Source of the DNA: an uncultured delta proteobacterium
GTDB lineage: Bacteria; Myxococcota_A; Polyangia; Palsa-1104
Direction of reading: 5' to 3'
Assembly (NCBI GenBank): GCA_963785725.1
Contig: CAWAWS010000019.1
Coordinates: 1 to 64,000, forward strand
DNA: 64,000 nucleotides
Shown: piece after piece, positions 51,601 to 61,289 of the stretch
How positions within the stretch are numbered: position 1 is the stretch's first letter
Layout: the number at the start of each line of letters is the position of its first letter
Translations under genes and position numbers: made by a program
The notes under the pieces: generated by a model
Seen by the model: only the letters and a program-made list of their open reading frames with translations
The model's database searches: none
What the model was told of the DNA's origin: nothing

Positions 51601-52073
51601 TCCTGCGTTACGGCTTGCGCGGTCAGGCCGAGCGCGCGATGGGACGCTACGAAAACGCGCGCAAGACGCTGGCGACGCGCCATGCGCTCTTGCAAGCGCG
51701 CGCCAAACGCCGCGGCTACGACGACGACTTGATCGCGCTGGCGACGGCGGAAGCGCAGATGGCGGAGCTGGCGCGCTTCATCGGCGATACGACGGGCGCG
51801 GCGCAGCTGGCGACGCAGGCGCTCGGCCACGCCGACGACTTCGCGCGCAAGTCGAACACGCCGCTGACCGACGCGCAGCTGGCGACGCTCGGCTTCGCGG
51901 CCGAATTGCACGTCGTGAACCATGTGCCGCGCAAGGCGTTCGGCTTCGACCTCAAGCAGCGACTGCAAGAGACCTACGATCTCTTGGCGAAGAATCGCGA
52001 TCCCAAGCGCCACGACATTCGCTTGCGCATGGGTGTCTACCTGACGTTGCTCGGCCTCGATGGCGAACACTAA
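48672..52073 (+). CDS. Secreted protein with N-terminal TolB/PD40 beta-propeller and a long alpha-helical (TPR-like) region
   Basis: Signal peptide ending AAA; SPDGKRLYFVSNR, SPDGKRLLY, APDGKW and SADGKWLYF repeats; DTDQNGVLDGDD Ca-binding-like loop. Confidence 0.8.
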   Translation: MLNSGAKGALALLVALSALPAAAEELRQPQKLTVSLADDYLGSLSPDGKRLYFVSNRNATSQIWYQDVTAPASTLLFDEGADTTWPRVSPDGKRLLYVSFADEADGQLCVRELPKLGRRCLAGGGALEATWASANELLLLARAPGAGSGDLELSRVRVDGGALVRTPIVTRNLNGPAIAPDGKWMAFVPLTRAATSVGPAFAAQAARALVLRRLDGGGSDVEVHLQLPGGTSQPAFSADGKWLYFTQFLNDTDQNGVLDGDDHGVLFRVAFDERDPAALNQAVPEQLTTAAWNCQYPAPSPQKLVLTCSRGDSLDLYTLPLDGMVPSTWDAARIRDEAQAARDRWERLLLLHRRASTERDPTMHATLLLGTVRQHLLLSEYEAALYHVEALEQLGVAQLSSLAPLLKLLIAERRGLRSFDRGELGHRYLTDARSRLEAARAMAPTEAPAVLLRHLLLSEIDDHLGDKSGAVDELKLAVVEPKTPGFLIALLAARIEYVYRELDRDADELAALVPIIDHPLLPESERLRLAGIYTRALMRKLPPDAARAAAARDLTAATPGSARAFADALWPCLDLVTKPTIDRGRACVKQLYDGNPTLARRRLLVGEVVHRAEDNDVDDLEYELVRRWVRDVPKDDAERYWAERLFRHVVQDYAYAALSAGKDADAAAEFDAVLAEALSLESHIGYLEASLAAGRDVEQLYRERYQPATPLGHFVRAYLDLRKLPELDGVAFDRAWQTASADVQAAEKTWAQKCEVQALHGALLHLGFLRTGNRGQAEEANTHYLLALDLAHENARYRAMVLEELALLHAAVGNFRIALEHFDERDKLPFADPRVALGHDLWRARSLLHIGREADAAKAAARGVALIDATPALARFLPLALDRAALYALAAGDGKSGVAAYDRAQKTPAPTPPPNDKLRNPIVAALSRAASALAAGEPGKAIVDLDQVDAAFADPLKAKALDWNDTPSADVRETYDLLRYGLRGQAERAMGRYENARKTLATRHALLQARAKRRGYDDDLIALATAEAQMAELARFIGDTTGAAQLATQALGHADDFARKSNTPLTDAQLATLGFAAELHVVNHVPRKAFGFDLKQRLQETYDLLAKNRDPKRHDIRLRMGVYLTLLGLDGEH

Positions 52074-52117
52074 AGCCGGCGTTTGCGCGGGTCTCGTTCG
52101 CCGCGCATGATGACGGC

Positions 52118-53497
52118 ATGTCGGCGCGCGGGTGGTGGACGATGGGGGTCGTCGGGCTCGTCGCCGGCACAGCGTCGGCGGCGCCGCCGGCTGCCTGGCG
52201 CTACGACGTGCAAGCCGAGGCCGGCGCGCGCACGCTGACGGTCGACGCGCGCTTCGACGCCGGCGACAGCGGCGAATTCAGCGTCGACGATGGCGCCGAG
52301 CCGTTCGTCGACGACGTCGCGGTGGAGACGCCGGCGGGCTGGCGCACGATCGCGCGCCACGACGACGCCTGGCGCCTCGACTGCGCGCACGGCTGTCACG
52401 TGCGCTATCGCTTTCGGCTGGAGGCGGCGGCCACGGCGCTGGAGTCGGAGACGGCGCAGCATTACGGCGCGGTCATTCAGGCGACGCCGCCGACGTGGCT
52501 CTTGCATCCGCTGCACGCGCGCGGCGGGCGGCGTTACCACTTCGTCGTGCACATGCCGGCCGGGCTCGCCTTCGCCAGCGGCGTCGCGCTCGACGGCGAC
52601 GGCTATGGCGCCGACGTGACGACGCTGTCGGACGCGCCCTATTCGGCGTTCGGCCCGCTGACGCTGCAGACGCTGACCGTGGGCAGCGATCGGCTCGACT
52701 TGGCGTTCGCGCCCGCGCACCGGCAGGTCGATGACGCGACCATCGCCGCCGCCGTCGCCCACGCCGCGCAGGCCGTGCATCGTTATTACGGTCGCTTGCC
52801 GCTGCCGCGTCAGCTGCTGCTGGTCTTGCCCGACGCCGGCGACGGCATGCACGGCCATACGCTCGGCAACGGCGGCGCCACCGTCGAGCTCGTCGTCGGC
52901 GACGGGGTCGGCAAGGCGGAGCTGGAGCATTCGTGGGTGACGGCGCACGAGCTCATCCACGTGGCCTTCCCGACGCTCGAACGCTCGCAGCTGTGGCTCG
53001 AGGAGGGGCTGGCGACCTATGTCGAGCCGCTGGCGCGCGCGCAGCTCGGCGATCTGGACGCGCAGACGATCTGGCGCGATCTCGTCGCCGGCGTGCCGCA
53101 GGGCCTGCCCGAGGCCGGCGATCGCGGGCTCGACCGCACGCACACCTGGGGTCGCACGTACTGGGGCGGCGCGCTCTTTTGCCTCGTCGCCGACGTCGAG
53201 ATCCGCGAGCGCACGCACGGCAAGCACGGCCTCGGCGACGCCCTGCGCGCCATCGTCGACGCCGGCGGCAGCATCGCCGTCGCCTGGCCGCTCGCGCAGG
53301 CGCTGTCGGTCGGCGACGCGGCCATCGGTGTGCCGGTGTTGACGGAGCTGCACGCGCGGCTGGGCACGCAGCCGGGGCGCGTCGATCTGCCGGCGCTGTG
53401 GCGGCGGCTCGGCGTGCAGCGCGTCGGCCGCGACGTGCGCTTCGACGACACGGCGCCGCTGGCCGCCGTGCGCCACGCCATCGTCGAGCATCCGTAA
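52118..53497 (+). CDS. Secreted gluzincin metallopeptidase (M61/M1-like)
   Basis: Signal peptide; HELIH followed by WLEEGLATY; RTYWGG. Confidence 0.8.
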   Translation: MSARGWWTMGVVGLVAGTASAAPPAAWRYDVQAEAGARTLTVDARFDAGDSGEFSVDDGAEPFVDDVAVETPAGWRTIARHDDAWRLDCAHGCHVRYRFRLEAAATALESETAQHYGAVIQATPPTWLLHPLHARGGRRYHFVVHMPAGLAFASGVALDGDGYGADVTTLSDAPYSAFGPLTLQTLTVGSDRLDLAFAPAHRQVDDATIAAAVAHAAQAVHRYYGRLPLPRQLLLVLPDAGDGMHGHTLGNGGATVELVVGDGVGKAELEHSWVTAHELIHVAFPTLERSQLWLEEGLATYVEPLARAQLGDLDAQTIWRDLVAGVPQGLPEAGDRGLDRTHTWGRTYWGGALFCLVADVEIRERTHGKHGLGDALRAIVDAGGSIAVAWPLAQALSVGDAAIGVPVLTELHARLGTQPGRVDLPALWRRLGVQRVGRDVRFDDTAPLAAVRHAIVEHP

Positions 53498-53500
53498 CCG

Positions 53501-53890
53501 ATGGTGGCCGTGAGCGTTCACACGCTGCGACTCGACCTGCGTGGCCTCGTGGTCGCGGCGCTGCTGATCGGGGCGTGCAAGAATTCGGCGCCACCGCTCG
53601 CGACGGCGGCTGCCGTCGTCGATATGGCGCCGGCGCCGCTGGCGTGCGCGGCCATCCAAGGCTGCATCGGCCATTGCCGCGCCGACGATCACGCCTGCCA
53701 AGCCGCGTGCATCGCGCGGCTGACGTCGACGGCGCGGCCGTTCTTCGATCGGCTGCAAGCCTGCGTCGCGCCCGCGTGCGCCGACGGCGACGGCGGCGCC
53801 GCGCCCTGTCGCGATCCGTCGTCGTTCGCGTGCCAGCTGTGCGCCATGAGCCACTGCGCCCAGGTGGGCTCCGCGTGCCTCGCCCACTGA
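53501..53890 (+). CDS. Small Cys-rich lipoprotein
   Basis: Lipobox IGAC; repeated CxxxC helical pattern. Confidence 0.65.
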   Translation: MVAVSVHTLRLDLRGLVVAALLIGACKNSAPPLATAAAVVDMAPAPLACAAIQGCIGHCRADDHACQAACIARLTSTARPFFDRLQACVAPACADGDGGAAPCRDPSSFACQLCAMSHCAQVGSACLAH

Positions 53891-54079
53891 ACCTGTATTC
53901 GCGGCTGACACCTGTATCGGCCGACGAACAGCGCCTCGACCGTCGCAGCAGCCGATCGCGCTGGCATGATTCTGGCTGAAGGAACTTTTGATGCGCTCGG
54001 CTCGTCGCGTGATTCGGCAAACGCCGCCTGCGCGTGGCGCTTGCCGCGACGACGGAGCCGTAGTAGCGATCAGCCGGAA

Positions 54080-54514
54080 ATGCGCATCATCTGTCTCGGC
54101 GTCGTATTGCTCTTGGCGGCCTGCACGCGACCGCCGCTGCCACCGCCGCCCGGCCAAGACGGCGGCCTCGACGGCGGAACCTTCGATCTGCAAGCGGTCG
54201 CGCCGCCCGATTGCACCAAAGCGCCCGACTGCTACGTCTGCTGCGGCGGCGTCTACCAATCGGGCGCGCTCGACTTCGACTCGAACACCGAGAGCTGCGC
54301 CTGCGACAACGGGTCGCCCTGCGCCAACGCGTGCAACACGACCGTCTGCGGCGACGGCGTGGGCGCGAACGGCCCGTGCTTGGCCTGCATCGACGGCCTG
54401 TCCGTCGACGGCGGCGCCTGCCAGACGCAGGTCACCGGCTGCATCACCGACGACGGCGCGTGCGGCGCGTGGAAAGACTGCGTCGAAAGCTGCGCTGGCC
54501 AAGGAACCATGTGA
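54080..54514 (+). CDS. Small Cys-rich lipoprotein
   Basis: MRIICLGVVLLLAAC lipobox; many Cys in CxxC/CxxxC spacing. Confidence 0.7.
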   Translation: MRIICLGVVLLLAACTRPPLPPPPGQDGGLDGGTFDLQAVAPPDCTKAPDCYVCCGGVYQSGALDFDSNTESCACDNGSPCANACNTTVCGDGVGANGPCLACIDGLSVDGGACQTQVTGCITDDGACGAWKDCVESCAGQGTM

Positions 54515-54549
54515 GCTTACTTATTGTGCGACTGCGGAGGTCGAGCCCT

Positions 54550-54889
54550 GTGCGAGCAGCGATCGTGTTGATGTTGTGTCTCTCGTTAGCCGGCTTCGGC
54601 GGCGTCGCGCATGCCGACGACGAGCTGAAGCTGCACGCCATGCCCATCGCGCGCCGCAATCCGCGCCAGCGCGCCGCGTCCATCGGCCTCTTGATCGGCG
54701 GCGGCGTGTGCTTGGCGCTTGGGCACGGTGTTCGTCGGCCTCGCGTATGACGCCAACAAGAACGCGACGTCGAATATGACCTATCACCCGCAGCAGGAGA
54801 ATCGGCGCGTCGACTTCCAAGTGGCCGACGGGATTCTCTTCGGCGTCGGCGCCGGCGCGGTCATCAGCGGGGTCGTGCTCGCATGGTGA
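54550..54889 (+). CDS. Small secreted/membrane protein with two Gly-rich hydrophobic segments; frameshift near 54720
   Basis: RBS GGAGG, signal peptide ending AHA. The repaired frame reads LGTVFVGLAYDAN...GILFGVGAGAVISGVVLAW*. Confidence 0.55.
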
Positions 54890-55125
54890 GCGCGCGCGTG
54901 TGGACGGCGATCGGCTGCGGCCTCGTGCTCGCGCTGACGATGACGGTCATTTCCTGCTTCTCGGTCACCTTCAAGAACGGCACGCTCAAGTGCAACCCCG
55001 ACGACATGGGCCGCCAATGCCCGGTCGGCGCGGTCTGCTTCGAGGGGTACTGCTACGTGTCGCCCGATCTGCTCGGCGGCGGCGTTCAGGACGGCGGTGT
55101 CAGCGACGGGGCGCCGAGCGACTGA
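54883..55125 (+). CDS. Small Cys-rich lipoprotein
   Basis: Hydrophobic N-terminus, VISC lipobox-like site, C.......QCPVGAVCFEGYC module. Confidence 0.6.
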   Translation: MVSARVWTAIGCGLVLALTMTVISCFSVTFKNGTLKCNPDDMGRQCPVGAVCFEGYCYVSPDLLGGGVQDGGVSDGAPSD

Positions 55126-55251
55126 GCGGCGGGCCGACGATCGATTCCGGAGGATGGTGGGCTCCCGCTCGACTCCGGCGGAATTTCCCCCGACCGCCCT
55201 CCCCATTATCGCGCTCTGCGCCGAAAAGTTGCTTCACCCGCCGCAGAATTC

Positions 55252-57313
<2,062 letters not shown>

Positions 57314-57417
57314 GCAGCGCGCACGATATCACGCCGCGACGACGGCCGAGAGACGAGGCGTTGTTGGACTGGGAGATCGAGCCAGCGCGGATGCGACGAT
57401 TCAGCCGTGCGGCGGTC

Positions 57418-59067
57418 TCAGCCGCCGATGTGCGAGAACGCCCAGAAGAGGAAGCCGGCGAGCAGGATCGAGACCGGCAGCGTCAGCACCCACGCCATCA
57501 GCAAGTTGCGCACGGTGCCCCACTGCAGGCCGGAGCGGTTGGCGGCCATCGTGCCGGCGACGCCCGACGACAGGACGTGCGTCGTGCTCACCGGCAGCCC
57601 GAAGTCGTCGGCGGCGCCGATGGTGACCATGGCCGTGATCTCGGCGGCGGCGCCCTGCGCGTAGGTCAGGTGGTCCTTGCCGATCTTCTCGCCGACGGTG
57701 ACGACGATGCGCTTCCAGCCGACCATCGTGCCGAGACCGAGCGCCATCGCGACCGCGACCTTGACCCACAGCGGGATGAACTTGGTCGCCTCGTCGAGGT
57801 GCTTCTTGTAGTTCTTGAGGACGGCGTCGTCCTCGGCGCTGATCGTCGGCTGATGCGTCTTCTCCATCAGCCGCAGCGACTTCGACTGACGAGGTACATG
57901 TCGTTGCGGAAGTTGCGCGTGCCCTCGGCCGGGACGTTGCGCAGCGTCTTGTAGCTCGCCATGTGGCGGCCGATGTCGCGCGTCATCTCGCGCAGCGCCG
58001 GCAGCGTCGCCGGCGCCAGCTGACGCGTGCGCACGTACTCGGTGACCGTCTGGCGCGCCTCGTCGATCGGCGTCGGCACCGTCGGCGTCGTGATGTAGTG
58101 GCCGAGGACGTCGGCGGCCTGCGTCGGAGACGGCGACGAAGTCCTGCGAATGCTGCGGCGTGACCGCGTGGTTCAGCGCGTAGGCCGTGGGCACGGTGCC
58201 GATGAGGATGAGCATGATGAGGCCCATGCCCTTCTGTCCGTCGTTGGAGCCGTGCGCGAAGCTGACGCCGGTGCAGGTCAGGAGGAGCAGGCCGCGGATC
58301 CAGAACGGCGGCGGCGTCGGCGCCTTCGGGCGCTTCGTAGAGGCGCTTGTCGCGGCACGAGCTTCTTCATGACGATGAGCGAGCAGGCCGGCGGCAGACG
58401 AAGCCGACGAGCGGCGAGATGAGCAGCGACTTGCCGACGTTGCCGGCCTGCGCCCAGTCGACGCCGCTGAAGCGCCGGTGCGCGGCAACAGCAGCTGGTT
58501 GGCGAGGCCGACGCCGATGATCGAGCCGATGAGCGTGTGCGAGCTCGACGACGGCAGGCCGAACCACCAGGTGCCGAGGTTCCAGATGATGGCGGCGGTG
58601 AGGAGCGCGAAGACCATGGCGAAGCCGGCGCCGGAGCCGACCTGCAAGATGAGCTCGACCGGCAACAGCGAGATGATGCCGAAGGCGACGGCGCCCGACG
58701 AGACGAGCACGCCGATGAAGTTCCACATGCCCGACCACACGACGGCGATGTGCGGATCGAGCGAGTGCGTGTAGATGACGGTGGCGACGGCGTTGGCGGT
58801 GTCGTGGAAGCCGTTGACGAACTCGAAGCCGAGCGCGATGACGAGCGCGATGCCCAAGAAGAGGAAGGGAAAGATCGACGACGTGCGCACGAACGACAGA
58901 TCGTGCACGAGCTGCGACGCGGCGTAGAGCACGCCGATGACGAGCACGACCGAGAAGCCGATCATGGCGTAGCGGCCTGGTCCCTTGGACAGCTTGGCCT
59001 GCAGCGGGGAATGATGCGGCGCGGGCGCTTCGGCGGGCAAATTGGCGGCATTCGAGGCAGTCGACAT
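57418..59067 (-). CDS. PiT family inorganic phosphate transporter, several indels
   Basis: NGFHDTANAVAT, GLPSSSSH, HGSNDGQKGMG, TVGEKIGK and GLPVSTTH motifs. Confidence 0.9.
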   Translation of the reverse strand: MSTASNAANLPAEAPAPHHSPLQAKLSKGPGRYAMIGFSVVLVIGVLYAASQLVHDLSFVRTSSIFPFLFLGIALVIALGFEFVNGFHDTANAVATVIYTHSLDPHIAVVWSGMWNFIGVLVSSGAVAFGIISLLPVELILQVGSGAGFAMVFALLTAAIIWNLGTWWFGLPSSSSHTLIGSIIGVGLANQLLLPRTGASAASTGRRPATSASRCSSRRSSASSAAGLLAHRHEEARAATSASTKRPKAPTPPPFWIRGLLLLTCTGVSFAHGSNDGQKGMGLIMLILIGTVPTAYALNHAVTPQHSQDFVAVSDAGRRRPRPLHHDADGADADRRGAPDGHRVRAHASAGAGDAAGAARDDARHRPPHGELQDAAQRPGRGHAQLPQRHVPRQSKSLRLMEKTHQPTISAEDDAVLKNYKKHLDEATKFIPLWVKVAVAMALGLGTMVGWKRIVVTVGEKIGKDHLTYAQGAAAEITAMVTIGAADDFGLPVSTTHVLSSGVAGTMAANRSGLQWGTVRNLLMAWVLTLPVSILLAGFLFWAFSHIGG

Positions 59068-59134
59068 GTCGGTCCCCAGTTGCAGTGGAGGCCTTGTTGT
59101 CCGATCAGCGCGGCGGACGCAGGACGACCGTTCG

Positions 59135-59150
59135 GTAACAAGTCTGTGAC
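59135..59150 (-). promoter_or_regulatory. Pho-box-like 11-bp direct repeat
   Basis: Minus-strand GTCAC-AGACTT-GTTAC, about 70 nt upstream of the PiT start. Confidence 0.45.
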
Positions 59151-59225
59151 GTCGCGCGCGGCGGCGACGGTCGTCTTCGCGCGATCACGGGATTTGACGG
59201 CGCTTCGGGCGCGGCGGCGAGTCGG

Positions 59226-61088
59226 TCAGCGCAGCCGTCTATCGGGCTTGCCGACGTCGTCGAGCGGCACGACCATGACCCGCTGGCGCAGCCGCTCGAG
59301 CAGCGCGCGCACGATTCGCCAGCCGAGCCGGTGACGACGGCGCGGAAACACCGCGTCCATGCGGTCCATGAGCGCGAAGAAGGTGTTGGTGAAGCCGTAC
59401 AGCTCCTCGACCGCGTCGACGCCGGTCATGAGCGCGTCGGGCACGTTGACCCAATCGGCGTAAGGCGCGGCGTCGCCGTCGCGAATCGGCGCCGGCGCGC
59501 CGAACGCCTGCACGGCCAATTGCATATAGCGACTGGCCATTGGATTCACGCCCATCAAAGACGCGCCCACCCAATCGACGGCCAATAGATTGGCGCCGGC
59601 GAGGATCGTCTTTGTCGGTTTCGGATGGCGACTGGCGAAGATGCCAAAGGGTCCATCGGCGGAATAAAAGGCGTCGATGAAGCCGAAATGCACGGGAAAT
59701 GCCAAGAGCATATCGATGGTCGGCGCATATATTTCGCGCTTGTTATGGTACTCGAGCAGCTTGTTCTGCTCGGCCAACGCACCATAGATATTCTTAATCG
59801 TCAGCGTATAGACGGCCCAGGTGTGCGTCTTGTTCTTGGCAAACGAAATGCGAAAGTCGGCGTCGCGCCACGTCGGGCCGACCGAGTGCGCGCCGAGCGG
59901 CGGCGCGAACGTGTAAGGCACTTTCTCGGCCGTCAAGTCGACGACGCGATAGTTCGACGCGCGATAGCCGACATACTGCGCGACGTGCTCGACGCCGCGC
60001 TCTTCGAATTCGTTGCCATAGCAGCTCTGGGCTTCGACGACGGTCACGTTGGTGAAGCCGCGGGCGACGATGCGATCGATCAAGTGCTCGACCAATTCCG
60101 GATCGGTGAAGGTGCTGTGATCGGCCTTCGAATACATGAACATGAAGTTGGGCTTGATGACGACTTTGAAGTCGCGCGCGAGCTCGCCGCCGGCGACGCG
60201 CGCGGCTTCGAGGCGCACAAAGAAGCCGCTGTCGTCGATGGCGCTGTCGAGCAAGGCGCGCTTGTCGTCGCTGTTGCGGCGAATGATGACGCGCGAGCTC
60301 TCCGGCCGCGGGACCATCGGATGGTCGGGATGACGCGCGAAGATCGGCCGCTCGGTCGTGCGCAGCATCGGCAAATCGAAGTGCGCGCGCGCGAGCAGCG
60401 CCGAGAGCCCGACATGCAAGAGCGACTCGAGCGGCCACGAGCCGCAGACGAGCCAGAACGGCGGCAGCGCGCCCGCGAAGCGCCACAGCGTCGAATGCGC
60501 GCCCAAGGTCTCGGCGAAGACGCCGAAGGCCGCGCCGGCGATGAGGATGGCGGCGATGGTTTGGGTGCGCGCCAACAGGCTATAGAGGAGCGCGAACAGC
60601 ACTAAGAACGCGTAATAAGCGACATACGATAGGTGACTGACATAGACGCGACCGCCGTAAGCGACGATGGACGCGGGAATGCAAACGAGGAGCGGGCCCA
60701 GCCACGGGAGGTGCAGTTGACGCGGCACGAGCGCGTGCGCGATGAGCGTGGCGATGCCGTAAATCGTCAGGCTGCCGAAGCCGAAGGCGAAGAATACGAA
60801 GCCGTAGCCGCTCGGGTAGCTCCAGGCGCCGACGCGAACGCCGACCGATTGCGTCGCCAGGCCGAAGCCGCCGGCGGTGGCGAAGAGCGCGAGCCAGCGC
60901 CGCGGCGTGACCAGCCGCAGCGACGTGCCGATGGCGCCGACGAGCACGACGAGCGCGAAGGCGGCGAACGCCCGGTCGACGCGACCGAGGTCGTGCTCGG
61001 CGGCCATGGTGGCGACCGCGCCGGCGGCGGCGAGCGCCACGAGCGCCAGATTGCGCGGATAGAGCCGCGTCGTAATGTAGACGGCCAT
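59226..61088 (-). CDS. Multi-TM membrane domain fused to a DUF362 domain
   Basis: About eight hydrophobic segments, then VVIKPN, TDPELV, KNKTH...TLTIKNIYG, IDAFYSADG and LAVDWVG DUF362-type motifs. Confidence 0.75.
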   Translation of the reverse strand: MAVYITTRLYPRNLALVALAAAGAVATMAAEHDLGRVDRAFAAFALVVLVGAIGTSLRLVTPRRWLALFATAGGFGLATQSVGVRVGAWSYPSGYGFVFFAFGFGSLTIYGIATLIAHALVPRQLHLPWLGPLLVCIPASIVAYGGRVYVSHLSYVAYYAFLVLFALLYSLLARTQTIAAILIAGAAFGVFAETLGAHSTLWRFAGALPPFWLVCGSWPLESLLHVGLSALLARAHFDLPMLRTTERPIFARHPDHPMVPRPESSRVIIRRNSDDKRALLDSAIDDSGFFVRLEAARVAGGELARDFKVVIKPNFMFMYSKADHSTFTDPELVEHLIDRIVARGFTNVTVVEAQSCYGNEFEERGVEHVAQYVGYRASNYRVVDLTAEKVPYTFAPPLGAHSVGPTWRDADFRISFAKNKTHTWAVYTLTIKNIYGALAEQNKLLEYHNKREIYAPTIDMLLAFPVHFGFIDAFYSADGPFGIFASRHPKPTKTILAGANLLAVDWVGASLMGVNPMASRYMQLAVQAFGAPAPIRDGDAAPYADWVNVPDALMTGVDAVEELYGFTNTFFALMDRMDAVFPRRRHRLGWRIVRALLERLRQRVMVVPLDDVGKPDRRLR

Positions 61089-61289
61089 AGCGGATTGAGC
61101 CCCGCGTCACCTTATCAGCTCGCGCGGCCGAACGCGCACTTGCGGTTACGCGGGATCAGCGATCGGACAAAAAGTCGCGGCTCTCGATCGCGTGGCTCGT
61201 GGCGCGTGGCGATCGTTGAAGCGCATTTTCGCGCGAGTTGATACAGTGACCGCAGGACGCGTGTGCGGACGCGTTTAGTGGGACGCGCG

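Noticed and set aside
51194..52117. Long N-terminal extension of the peptidase ORF (767 aa)
   Set aside because: It overlaps the TolB/TPR gene in another frame. The signal peptide and promoter spacing support ATG 52118.
44089..54502. Very long antisense ORFs (1281, 938 and 810 aa) and many similar Arg/Ala-rich ORFs across the window
   Set aside because: Shadow ORFs expected in high-GC coding DNA; they have no motifs and lie opposite well-supported genes.
53501..55125. RiPP precursor cluster
   Set aside because: The peptides carry lipoprotein signal sequences, and no radical SAM, YcaO, lanthipeptide synthetase or exporter gene is adjacent.
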